A stretch of 64,000 nucleotides of DNA from a virus (IMGVR_UViG_3300019757_000006); one strand, 5' to 3'. Positions 20,718 through 30,249 are shown, numbered from the stretch's first letter. Notes: generated by a model not told the origin, from the letters alone. Numbers and translations are program-made.

Positions 20718-21779
20718 ATGAAAAAAAATTTTGAAGAGTTTACAAATAGTTTACAAGGTGGTAGTTGTTTAAATAAAAACGATATTCTGCATCCAAATGG
20801 TCTTCCAAATATTGGAAAAATTATGGATAAATTAAAAAGTGGGGTGTACTCAAATGCTGGTGGAATCGATACTAAAATAATTGAAGGTAACTTAAAAAAA
20901 GTAACTGAGATGATTGAAAATAAAGAAGCTCCAACTGCAGTATTAAAGCAATTATTTAATGGTATTCCAGGTATTTCTGATACTATTGCAAGCCTATCAG
21001 ATGAAGATTTATTAAATCCTGAAGCGGCAATTAAAAAAATTAAAGAAAATGTTCAAGCTGGAAAGACTGGATATACTGGTTGTAAAACTTGTAGTACTCC
21101 AGACCCAAAACCAAAGTCGGTAAATGATAAAGAGATGTTAGAACTTACTGCTTTACTTAGAATGATTGATCCAACTCAACAATTTATTACAGAGCTGGAA
21201 GCTATCAGACTTAAGCCAGCTAAGTTTGTAAAAAATGTAAAGAAGCTAATTAAAAAATTAGTGAAAGATAGAGAAGGGTTTGAAGCTACTTTAGAATATT
21301 TAAAAGTAGATGATTTCTCAATGCAAAATTTAGCTGAATTATTAATTCAAGATACAAAACCATCTTTAAAAAAATTATCGGAAAAGTTATTAAATAGTTC
21401 TGATATGCCAGAAGAATTAAAAAAACCATTAAAAGCAGTTTCAAAAATGATTGGTTCTTTAGATACTCTTGGTTCTATCGAAAATGCAGATGAAGAAACA
21501 GTTAAAAAAGCATTTAAACCACTTGGTAAAGAGATGAAAAAATTAACGGCAGAGGCTAGAAATAAACCGGAAAATGCTGGTTTATTAAAAGAGTTAAAAA
21601 AACTTAAAAAAAATTATCTATCTAATAAAATTGCAAAAGAAGCTGCAATGAAAAAAATTCTTGATCTTCAAATTCAGGACTTGAATCCTGAAAGAGCTAT
21701 GATTTGCCAATCGTTTCTTCTAGAGGAAATTGATGGCTTTATGAAAAAAGAAGAGGAAGATAATAAAAAAGGTAAATAA
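20718..21779 (+). CDS. hypothetical Lys-rich alpha-helical protein
   Basis: 353-aa ORF with RBS aaaggaaaaaaaaATG. Very K/E-rich. Confidence 0.5.
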   Translation: MKKNFEEFTNSLQGGSCLNKNDILHPNGLPNIGKIMDKLKSGVYSNAGGIDTKIIEGNLKKVTEMIENKEAPTAVLKQLFNGIPGISDTIASLSDEDLLNPEAAIKKIKENVQAGKTGYTGCKTCSTPDPKPKSVNDKEMLELTALLRMIDPTQQFITELEAIRLKPAKFVKNVKKLIKKLVKDREGFEATLEYLKVDDFSMQNLAELLIQDTKPSLKKLSEKLLNSSDMPEELKKPLKAVSKMIGSLDTLGSIENADEETVKKAFKPLGKEMKKLTAEARNKPENAGLLKELKKLKKNYLSNKIAKEAAMKKILDLQIQDLNPERAMICQSFLLEEIDGFMKKEEEDNKKGK

Positions 21780-22586
21780 ATGAAACCAGGTAAAAACGAT
21801 TTAGTAACTATTAATAGTAGTGGTGGTTTAGATAGTACTGTATTATTATATAAAGTACTTAAAACTACAAAAGCAGATGTTATCTTAATTAATTATAAGT
21901 ACGGTCAAAATCATGGTATTGAAATTGAAGTACAAAAAAAATTATATAGAGATATTAAAGAAGATTTTGGAGATAGAGTTCTAGGTAATATTACTATAGA
22001 TCTTGGTCCTGTATACAAAGCTTCTAAAGATGTATTTGATGATCTTAAAACTCTTAGAGAGTCTAAAGGTATTAAAGATAGTACTAATCATGAATTTTAT
22101 ACTCCAAGTAGAAACTTATTATTTATGAGTGCAGCTTCTGCACTCGGCGAATTAGTAAGTATTGCTCAAGGATATAAAAATCTTTATTTAGGAATTGGAG
22201 TTCATAAGCATTCGGAAGAAGCTTATGGAAAAGATGGGGAAAATGGTAGTACTCAATATTGGGATATTACTCCAGAATTCATTGGCCAGTTACAAAATGT
22301 TTTAAATTTAAATGATGTTGTAAATATTGAAATTTATGCTCCATATAAAAATAAGTTCAAGAAAAAGATAATCAAAGATATGGTAAAACATAAAGTTGAT
22401 TTTAAAAAAACTTGGACTTGCTATGATCCATTGTATGATGAAGTTCAACATGAGGTTATGGTTAAAACGTGTAAGAAATGTGAAGCTTGTGTTGAAAGAG
22501 AATTACAAGGAAAATTAGCTGGTGTTGAAGGCATTAATGATTACTATGTAACTCTTAGAAAAAACCAAAAGCATGCTATAGCATAA
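21780..22586 (+). CDS. queC: 7-cyano-7-deazaguanine (preQ0) synthase QueC-like PP-loop ATPase
   Basis: PP-loop SSGGLDST is present. NYKYGQNHG matches QueC (DYGQRH). PSRN matches PGRN. TWTCYDP and the C-terminal zinc motif CKKCEAC match QueC (TWSCY...CGRCDSC). Confidence 0.85.
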   Translation: MKPGKNDLVTINSSGGLDSTVLLYKVLKTTKADVILINYKYGQNHGIEIEVQKKLYRDIKEDFGDRVLGNITIDLGPVYKASKDVFDDLKTLRESKGIKDSTNHEFYTPSRNLLFMSAASALGELVSIAQGYKNLYLGIGVHKHSEEAYGKDGENGSTQYWDITPEFIGQLQNVLNLNDVVNIEIYAPYKNKFKKKIIKDMVKHKVDFKKTWTCYDPLYDEVQHEVMVKTCKKCEACVERELQGKLAGVEGINDYYVTLRKNQKHAIA

Positions 22587-22588
22587 TT

Positions 22589-22873
22589 ATGTTTCCGGTA
22601 CAAAGATTAGGTTACGGTGATATCAAACATCATATATATGAAGATCTTGATAAAGCCTTAGACGTTATTAATAATGCCAACGCCTGGACTACTACCATAA
22701 TAGAACATATGGATATAGCTAGAAACGGTGAAGTTACTATTCTATTCAGAAAACAATCTGCAAGCTTTAAAGAAAAAGGATATAGATTAACTGATGGTAC
22801 TATTAGTATGACCTTAGAAAAATTTAAAGAGATAAAAGCTCAAGACATCCCTATAATATTAAGGGATCAATGA
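22589..22873 (+). CDS. hypothetical protein
   Basis: 94-aa ORF directly after queC. No motif match to QueD/QueE/QueF. Confidence 0.45.
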   Translation: MFPVQRLGYGDIKHHIYEDLDKALDVINNANAWTTTIIEHMDIARNGEVTILFRKQSASFKEKGYRLTDGTISMTLEKFKEIKAQDIPIILRDQ

Positions 22874-22901
22874 TAGGAAGTTCCGAGGAACTTCAACCGC
22901 T

Positions 22902-25544
22902 ATGGAAGCGGTATATAAATATCTAAATAAAAAAATTAAAAATCAAAAGGCGAACCAGATGATATATAAATCACTTACAACAGAATTATTAGAGTTAATT
23001 AAAGCGGCATTATTAAAAGCAAGAGAATATAGATTAATGGAATTAACTCCAGAAGTTTTATTAGAAATGATTTTAACTAAAGATACAATCGTTAGAAATA
23101 TTCTATTGAATTTAGAAATTGATATTGAAGGTGTACTTAACCAACTTAGATTAAGTATTGAAAAAGACCCTATTAAATTTCCAGCGGAAATAGTAAATCC
23201 GGAAGAGATGAATGTAACATTTAGTACAAAAATTGAAGAGCTGTTTGCTATTGCATATCAACAAGCATCTTCAAATAAAGATAAATATCTTGCATTAGAT
23301 ATTTTAATGATAGCTGGTAATGAATTACCAATTATCGAATACCTTAGATCGGTAATGGATGTTCAAATGTTATTTGATGATCTAGTACTTCTTAGAGGGG
23401 ATAGAAAGATTTCGGAAAAAAGTTATATTGAACAATCGTATTTAAATACATATTGTGAAAATTTAAATGAGAAATATCTTGCAGGTAAAATTGATGAAGT
23501 TCATGGTAGAAATGAGCAAGTTGAAAGAATCTCAAATATTTTAAATAAAAGAACTAAAAACAATCCTATTTTAGTAGGACCTCCAGGTACAGGTAAAACT
23601 GCAATCGTTGAAGGTTTAGCTGGTAGAATTTGTACTGGAGATGTAGAGAACCTAACTCAAGCAATTATTTGGGAATTAGATTTAACTGCATTAGCTGCTG
23701 GTGCAGGTGGTAAAGGTGAACTTGAAGCTAGAATGGATGGTTTAATGAAAGAAATCAAAAGAAAGAATGGTATGGAAAATGAAGATATTATTCTATTTAT
23801 TGATGAAGCGCATACTATAATTGATCCACAAGGTGGAATGGATTTAGCTAATGTACTTAAGCCAGCTTTAGCTAGAGGAGAGCTTAGAACTATTGGTGCT
23901 ACTACTTTAAAAGAGTATCAAAAATATTTCGAAAAAGATCCAGCAATCCAAAGAAGATTCCAAATTATTAATGTTGATGAGCCATCGGTTGAAGAAACTA
24001 TGGTAATCCTTAGAGGATTAAGACCAAAGATGATGGAATATCATAAAGTTGAAATTACAGATGAATCTTTAATTGCTGCTGCAAAATTATCTAATAGATA
24101 TATTGCTGATAGATTTCTTCCAGATAAAGCTATTGACTTATTAGATGAGGCTGCTTCTCAAGTATCTAATTCTAAATTTCAAACTCCAGTGGAAGTAAAA
24201 GATTTAAAATTAGAAATTGATAATAGAGTTTTTAGAATTGAAGTTCTAGAAAAATCTAAACTTGGTTCTGATAAAGAAGTATTTATTAATAGACAAAATG
24301 AATCTATTGCAAAATTAAATGAAGAAATCGAAGAGCTTTCTAAAGAAATGGAAGAGATGATGAATCACTTCTTAGAAGAGAAAGAAAAAAGAAAAGAGTA
24401 CATTGCAATTAAACATGAAATCAAAGAGAGAAACGATGAGTTAAATGATTGTCTTGCTGAAAGTAAAATTGAAGAAGCTTTTGAATTAAGAGTTAATATT
24501 ATTCCTGCGTTAGAAGCTAGATTAGAAGAGATTGGAAATACTTTTGAAAAGAGTACTGTAAAACCAGATGATATTACAACTGTATTATTTAACTGGACAG
24601 GTATTCCAACTGATAAAATCCAAGAAGATGAAGATCACTCTAAAGTAAAAGATATAGCTGAATTATTAAAAACTCAAGTTATGGGTCAAGATGAATCTTT
24701 AGATGCAGTGTCTAGAGTTATTAGAAGAAACAAAGCTGGTTTATCAGATGCTGGAAAACCTATCGGTTCATTTATGTTCCTTGGGCCTACTGGTGTTGGT
24801 AAAACTGAAACTTCTAAAGCTGTTGCAGATATCGTATTTGGTAGTTCAAAAGATATGGTTAGATTCGACATGTCTGAATTCCAACAAGAGCATACAGTTT
24901 CAAAACTTATAGGTTCTCCTGCAGGTTATGTTGGACATGATGATGGTGGTCAATTAACTAATGCAATTAAAAGAAAACCTTATTCTGTAATCTTATTTGA
25001 TGAGATTGAGAAAGCTCATCCAAAAGTTTTTGATGTACTTTTACAAGTACTTGATGATGGTAGACTTACAGATGGTAAAGGTATTACAGTAGATTTCAAA
25101 AATACTATTATTATTATGACAAGTAATATTGGTGGTAAAGAGTTAGCTGAAATTCCAAATGCGGCGGTAAGAAAACAAGAAGCTAAAAGAAAACTTCTAG
25201 AAACATATCGACCTGAATTCTTAAATAGAATGGATGAGATTTTAGTATTTAATCCATTAAATGTAGAGTCTTTAGTAAATATTATGAACTATAGAATTGA
25301 AAAATTATCTGATAAATTATGGGAAGACAGATACATTGATGTAAAAGTTTCTCCAGAAGCTAAAGGTAATATGCTTGATACTATTGATATTGGTGTTGAT
25401 GGTGCTAGACCAATTAATAGATTAATTGCTTCTGAGATTGAAGATAGAATTACAGATTTAATTCTAGAAGATAATGTAAGAAGTGGTTCTGAAATCGTAA
25501 TTGATTTAGATGAAAATAATGAGATCTTTGTTGCCACTCTATAG
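22902..25544 (+). CDS. ClpB/Hsp104-like double AAA+ ATPase (class I Clp ATPase with middle coiled-coil domain)
   Basis: Two Walker A motifs, VGPPGTGKTAIVEGLA and FLGPTGVGKTETSKAVA. Walker B motifs ILFIDEAH and VILFDEIEKAH. A ~120-aa coiled-coil insert lies between D1 and D2. The real start may be the internal MIYKSLTTELLELIKAAL at 22961. Confidence 0.85.
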   Translation: MEAVYKYLNKKIKNQKANQMIYKSLTTELLELIKAALLKAREYRLMELTPEVLLEMILTKDTIVRNILLNLEIDIEGVLNQLRLSIEKDPIKFPAEIVNPEEMNVTFSTKIEELFAIAYQQASSNKDKYLALDILMIAGNELPIIEYLRSVMDVQMLFDDLVLLRGDRKISEKSYIEQSYLNTYCENLNEKYLAGKIDEVHGRNEQVERISNILNKRTKNNPILVGPPGTGKTAIVEGLAGRICTGDVENLTQAIIWELDLTALAAGAGGKGELEARMDGLMKEIKRKNGMENEDIILFIDEAHTIIDPQGGMDLANVLKPALARGELRTIGATTLKEYQKYFEKDPAIQRRFQIINVDEPSVEETMVILRGLRPKMMEYHKVEITDESLIAAAKLSNRYIADRFLPDKAIDLLDEAASQVSNSKFQTPVEVKDLKLEIDNRVFRIEVLEKSKLGSDKEVFINRQNESIAKLNEEIEELSKEMEEMMNHFLEEKEKRKEYIAIKHEIKERNDELNDCLAESKIEEAFELRVNIIPALEARLEEIGNTFEKSTVKPDDITTVLFNWTGIPTDKIQEDEDHSKVKDIAELLKTQVMGQDESLDAVSRVIRRNKAGLSDAGKPIGSFMFLGPTGVGKTETSKAVADIVFGSSKDMVRFDMSEFQQEHTVSKLIGSPAGYVGHDDGGQLTNAIKRKPYSVILFDEIEKAHPKVFDVLLQVLDDGRLTDGKGITVDFKNTIIIMTSNIGGKELAEIPNAAVRKQEAKRKLLETYRPEFLNRMDEILVFNPLNVESLVNIMNYRIEKLSDKLWEDRYIDVKVSPEAKGNMLDTIDIGVDGARPINRLIASEIEDRITDLILEDNVRSGSEIVIDLDENNEIFVATL

Positions 25545-26023
25545 TGACAACAATGCCTAGAATGGCCCATAATAGATACATTGAACCGGTAATAGACCAT
25601 CGAATTGTTGAAGAATTAAGAAGTGAAGATGTGAATAATAATATTAGATTTCATAATTTTCGACCATCTATAGATAGTGAATTATTAGAAGAGATTGGAT
25701 CGTTTGTTTATGAAATAAGCGGTAGTAGTATTAATATTAGTATTATGTTTAAGGATACTTCTAAATTTAATAAAACTTTACTTTCAGTTCCAGTAGCATC
25801 AGGAAATGATTTATTAGGTACTTTAGATTATTTAAATAATCTATTGATAATGAGAGATAATCCAGTTCCTTTAGAACCGGAGGTAAGCGTAGCGGAAATT
25901 TTAGCAAATTTGGATGCAAATTCAACTTCTAAAACTTCCATAGATGATCTAATTAACACTGACGTCCCAGAAGAAATTCAAACCGAATTATCTTTTGAGA
26001 ATGGTGGAAGATTTAACCAGTAG
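25544..26023 (+). CDS. hypothetical protein
   Basis: 159-aa ORF whose start overlaps the ClpB-like stop. Confidence 0.45.
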   Translation: MTTMPRMAHNRYIEPVIDHRIVEELRSEDVNNNIRFHNFRPSIDSELLEEIGSFVYEISGSSINISIMFKDTSKFNKTLLSVPVASGNDLLGTLDYLNNLLIMRDNPVPLEPEVSVAEILANLDANSTSKTSIDDLINTDVPEEIQTELSFENGGRFNQ

Positions 26024-26068
26024 CTAAAGATAGTTAGCTTAGTATAGTGAGCTAGCTACCAGCTAAAT
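26021..26068 (+). repeat. AGCTA-rich dispersed intergenic repeat, copy B
   Basis: tagctaaagatagttagcttagtatagtgagctagctaccagctaaat. It overlaps the stop codon of 25544..26023 and matches the reverse complement of copy D. Confidence 0.5.
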
Positions 26069-26101
26069 AAAAAAAATTAAATATAAAAAGGAAAGACCAA
26101 A

Positions 26102-26560
26102 ATGGCAAAAAAAATTAAATTAACAGATATATTAGTAAACTTAACTCCGGAACAAGCAGAAGCAAATAAAAAAAAATTACTTAAATTAGAAGAGCAAAAA
26201 AATGAACATATGACTGTTATTAGAGATTTCGATTCTGAAATTGCTGAACTTGTAAAACAAAAAAATCTTGTTGTTACAAAAATAGATGTTATTCATAAAA
26301 AACAAGAAGCTTTAGTTCCAAAAGGGGCTACACTAGATACTCTATCAGCAAAATTCTTTTGGAAGATTTCTGATACAGCTGTAATTGAAGATGCTGATGC
26401 TTTACCAACTGAGGTTCTTAAAGATGTTGCTGCAGTTCCAGCTCACACAAAACCAGATAAAACGTTAATTAAAAAATACGCTAATGATCATGAGGGTGTT
26501 TGTGCTGGAGCAAGAATTGACCAATCATTTTCATTCCAAATTAATGAAAAAACGCTTTAA
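26102..26560 (+). CDS. hypothetical protein
   Basis: RBS aaaaaggaaagaccaaaATG. 152 aa. Confidence 0.5.
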   Translation: MAKKIKLTDILVNLTPEQAEANKKKLLKLEEQKNEHMTVIRDFDSEIAELVKQKNLVVTKIDVIHKKQEALVPKGATLDTLSAKFFWKISDTAVIEDADALPTEVLKDVAAVPAHTKPDKTLIKKYANDHEGVCAGARIDQSFSFQINEKTL

Positions 26561-26737
26561 TGTTTATTGGTATAAAAAAAATTAAGACAATTTGATACTA
26601 TGGAAAACGCAATTAATTGTCTAATATTTTTTTAGTGGATTTTTAAGTGCTGGATCAGTTAGTATAAAAAAAGGTAGAGGACAAGGTTTTCCAAATGGAA
26701 GATTTTGTCCTAAGCCAAAAATAAAAAGGAACAATAA

Positions 26738-27388
26738 ATGAAACACGAAATGTTTAAAGGAAGCGCCTTAGAAGGTGATAAAAATAATACAACTAATTTA
26801 AAATTAGGTGAAGTAAGATATTATATGAGAGATAATGGTAATTTATTTTATCCAGAAATTAACGAGGTTTCGATAGACGATTTTATTTCTAAAATAGAAA
26901 AAACTTTTGAAGGACATTCAGTTGAAGTTAATGGAGGGTGCATTAATACAGTTATTAATTCAGAAGGTGATTCTGTAATGACTAATAAAGGTTATGTATG
27001 TATTAAAGAAGCTAGTCCAGAAAGTATTGGACTTGCTTTATATATTCATGATGCTGATTTACATATTATTGGTGAAAGATATAATGCCGCTGAAGTTGAA
27101 GAGGTTGAAGAAGAAAAAACTTTAGATATTACAGATGTAAAAGGTGCTAAAAAAAAGATCTCTGATATAAAAGTATTTGGTAATGGTGATTTATTTCAAT
27201 TAATTGCTAAAGCTAGTTCTCAAGGTGAGGGATGGATGAAAAGTACTAAAGCTATGGAAGTAAAAGGTCTTGGAGTTACATTACAAGTATCAACTCAACA
27301 AGGAGATAATGTAGCAGAAGCTTTAACATTTATTCCTGGAGCTAAAATCATTGGAGAAGGCGAAAACAGAGAGATTGTAGTAATTTAA
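26738..27388 (+). CDS. hypothetical protein
   Basis: RBS aaaaaggaacaataaATG. 216 aa. Confidence 0.5.
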   Translation: MKHEMFKGSALEGDKNNTTNLKLGEVRYYMRDNGNLFYPEINEVSIDDFISKIEKTFEGHSVEVNGGCINTVINSEGDSVMTNKGYVCIKEASPESIGLALYIHDADLHIIGERYNAAEVEEVEEEKTLDITDVKGAKKKISDIKVFGNGDLFQLIAKASSQGEGWMKSTKAMEVKGLGVTLQVSTQQGDNVAEALTFIPGAKIIGEGENREIVVI

Positions 27389-27417
27389 TAAATTAAATAA
27401 ATTCCCGAGGAGAAATT

Positions 27418-27900
27418 ATGTTAAAAAAAATTTTAATAGTTATGTTATTAATTAGTGTTGGATGCGCTCATAAGCATTTTCAAATCGATTTTACACAGCC
27501 AGAATATACTACCAATAATAACTTTGTAAAAATTGGTAATGATAATACTGGTCAATGTACTTGGTTTGTGGATGGTAGAGTACAAGAAAAATTAGGTTTT
27601 AAATTAAAGTTTAAAAGACCATATAGTAGACATGCAAAACACTGGATGGAATTGTTGGATTATCAAAAGGGGTTAAAACCTAAACCAAATTCTATTGCAG
27701 TATATGCAAGTGAAAAATATGGGCATGTTGTTTTTGTAGAAGATGTAACTGAAAATTATATTTACTATAGAGAAGCTAATTTTCCACCTAATCACAAAAT
27801 TGATAAACATGATGGTATATTAAGAAAAATGAGTAAAAATAGATTTCCAAATAAAGGACGAGGTCAAGTTCTTATCGGGTATATTTATTTAGAAAATTAA
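27418..27900 (+). CDS. putative lipoprotein with CHAP-like cysteine/histidine peptidase domain
   Basis: Signal peptide plus lipobox MLKKILIVMLLISVGC. GQCTWFVDGR resembles the CHAP catalytic Cys motif, and a downstream YGHVVFVEDV could supply the His. Confidence 0.5.
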   Translation: MLKKILIVMLLISVGCAHKHFQIDFTQPEYTTNNNFVKIGNDNTGQCTWFVDGRVQEKLGFKLKFKRPYSRHAKHWMELLDYQKGLKPKPNSIAVYASEKYGHVVFVEDVTENYIYYREANFPPNHKIDKHDGILRKMSKNRFPNKGRGQVLIGYIYLEN

Positions 27901-27948
27901 ATCTATAATTAAGATGTAATAGATATTTTGAATGATAACTTATAAAAT

Positions 27949-27980
27949 GGGGAGTGAGTTTTCACTCCCCATTTTTTTTA
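27949..27980 (+). terminator. intrinsic terminator
   Basis: ggggagtga-gttt-tcactcccc stem-loop followed by attttttttatt. Confidence 0.7.
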
Positions 27981-28009
27981 TTCGTCACTAAAATTAAAAA
28001 AGGAAAAAT

Positions 28010-28282
28010 ATGCCATATATAAAAGAAGAAGATAAAAAGAAATTACAAGATGGAAAATTAATAGAATCAGCAGGAGAACTTAATTATCTATTTACTAATT
28101 TAATTCAAGAATATATTGATGATAATCAAGGATTAAATTATCAAGTAATAAATGATATCGTTGGAGCTTTAGATGGGGCTAAAGCTGAGTTTCAAAGAAG
28201 AATAGTTATTCCTTACGAAGATAAAAAAATTAGAGAAAATGGCGATGCTTATAATGATAATATTTTAAAGCAAGTTGAATAA
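28010..28282 (+). CDS. hypothetical protein
   Basis: RBS aaaaaggaaaaatATG. 90 aa. Confidence 0.45.
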   Translation: MPYIKEEDKKKLQDGKLIESAGELNYLFTNLIQEYIDDNQGLNYQVINDIVGALDGAKAEFQRRIVIPYEDKKIRENGDAYNDNILKQVE

Positions 28283-28290
28283 GGATTCCG

Positions 28291-30249
28291 ATGTTAGAAA
28301 TTGTTCAGGAACATTTAACTGATTTAAAAATTTATAATACTACTTTAGTAAATATAAATTCGGAATATCATGTTCGTTCAAAAGAAAAAGAAATTCTAGA
28401 AAAAAATATTAAAGAATCTTCAGATTCATTAAGTACAATAGAAGAAGAAGTTCTTTTATTAGAAGAAGCTAAAAAATTATTAGAAACTTTAAAGACTTAT
28501 AAATTACAAGAAAAGAAAGATTTTATTTTAAATATTATTAATACTGCTCTTGGAGATATCTTTAATGATGATGTAAAAATAGATATAGAAGCCCAAGAAA
28601 AGAAAACTTCTAAAAGTACTTCTCAAAAATATGATATAGTATTTTATCAGCAAGGTATTGAGATGGCTAGAAATGAAGAACTTCTAGTTACTAATGGTGG
28701 TGGAATAATGCAAGTTATTTCAATGTTATTTAAAATTCTGATTGGATATATTTATAGTAAGAATACTTTCTATATATTTGATGAAAGTTTTAGTCAATTA
28801 TCTGGAGAAAATAGAACTAGATTATCGAAGTTCTTAAAAGATTTTTGTGATAAATTTAAATTTACTTTAGTAGTAGTTTCTCAAGTTCAAGACTTAGATG
28901 AATTCGCCGATGTAGTATATGATGTTGACGGTCATTATAACGATAGAAATATTAGAACATTAAGTATTACTAATAAAATAATTCCAGAAGATCTAGAAGA
29001 TGGAGAAGGTTATTGGGATTTAGACATTACTAATTTTCAAAGTATTGAAAGACAATCTTTTCAATTTAAAGGATATACTATTATTAGAGGTCCTAATAAT
29101 TCTGGGAAAAGTGCCAGTCTTAGAGCCATTAATAGTATTTTATATAATTCATTTGATGTAAAAAAGTTTCCAAGAAATTCTGGAACGAATAGAGCCTTAC
29201 CAGTTAATATTAAATTATCTAAAATAAAAAATGGTACTACAAAAGAAATATCATTAAAGTATCATAATTCCAAAGTATCTTTTGTAATTGAAGGAAATGA
29301 ATATTATGGAAAAAATTTAGCTGGAGATAAATTAAGAGAAGCTGTTGAAGATATAGGTTTTAAATATATTAATCTTAAAGAATTCTATAAGAATTTTAAA
29401 GGGAATTTAAAAGATCAAACAGAAAGAATTGCTAGTACGACACAATACGATTCTTTATTTCTAGTTGGTAATAAAGGAAATGAAACAGAAAAGGTTTTTA
29501 ACTTTTTATTTAATACCGAAAATATTAGTATGGCTATATTTAAAATTAAAGAAGATATGGTTAATTGGAATAAAAATTATAAAGAACTACAAGAAGAAAT
29601 ACTTTCTAAAACAGAAAGGGTTCTTAGTATTACGGATGAATTAGAATTACTCGGAAGTATTTATTATATAATGAATATCCAGGAGTACCTCAATACTAAC
29701 GAAAATATTAATAATATAGATATAGAACTTTTATCCACCGGAAATAAGATAAATAAACGAGATGAATTTATAAATATCTTTCAGAAAATTAAAGATATTC
29801 CGGAGGCATTAGAATTAATAAATAGTAGTACTCAGGATAATTCAAATAACGACGATACTATTATTAATCTAAGTACTCGTCTAGATAAGGTAAATCTAGA
29901 ATTAGAAAAAAGTAAACCATTATTAGAAAAAAGTATGTTTGTGTATAAATTAGAAAATGATTTAGTACGTTTAAAAGATTTTAATAATACTGATAGTATA
30001 ATAAACCCAGAGAATATGATTAAGAAAATTGAATTAATAGATCAGATAGCTAATAAATACACTCATGTAAAATATATTACTGATAGTATTTCTTATAGTA
30101 ATCATGTGCTAGCGGAAGAAGCTCAATTAGATGAAAAGATAAAAGAGATTAATCATAAAGATTTATTACTTAAAGATAAGTACAATATTCATGAATGTAA
30201 TTCCTGTTCGGGACATGGTTATACTCATTATCATAAAAAGGAAAATTAA
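28291..30249 (+). CDS. SbcC/Rad50-like ABC ATPase with apparently circularly permuted domain order and C-terminal CxxC
   Basis: The SbcC N-terminal motif (NFQSIERQSFQFKGYTIIRGPNNSGKSASLRAI, P-loop) sits at aa ~245-290. The C-lobe-like motifs precede it at aa ~125-200: TNGGG (signature-like), FYIFDES (Walker B) and LVVVSQ (H-loop position). Coiled coil follows, and HECNSCSGHGY lies at the extreme C-terminus. Confidence 0.65.
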   Translation: MLEIVQEHLTDLKIYNTTLVNINSEYHVRSKEKEILEKNIKESSDSLSTIEEEVLLLEEAKKLLETLKTYKLQEKKDFILNIINTALGDIFNDDVKIDIEAQEKKTSKSTSQKYDIVFYQQGIEMARNEELLVTNGGGIMQVISMLFKILIGYIYSKNTFYIFDESFSQLSGENRTRLSKFLKDFCDKFKFTLVVVSQVQDLDEFADVVYDVDGHYNDRNIRTLSITNKIIPEDLEDGEGYWDLDITNFQSIERQSFQFKGYTIIRGPNNSGKSASLRAINSILYNSFDVKKFPRNSGTNRALPVNIKLSKIKNGTTKEISLKYHNSKVSFVIEGNEYYGKNLAGDKLREAVEDIGFKYINLKEFYKNFKGNLKDQTERIASTTQYDSLFLVGNKGNETEKVFNFLFNTENISMAIFKIKEDMVNWNKNYKELQEEILSKTERVLSITDELELLGSIYYIMNIQEYLNTNENINNIDIELLSTGNKINKRDEFINIFQKIKDIPEALELINSSTQDNSNNDDTIINLSTRLDKVNLELEKSKPLLEKSMFVYKLENDLVRLKDFNNTDSIINPENMIKKIELIDQIANKYTHVKYITDSISYSNHVLAEEAQLDEKIKEINHKDLLLKDKYNIHECNSCSGHGYTHYHKKEN

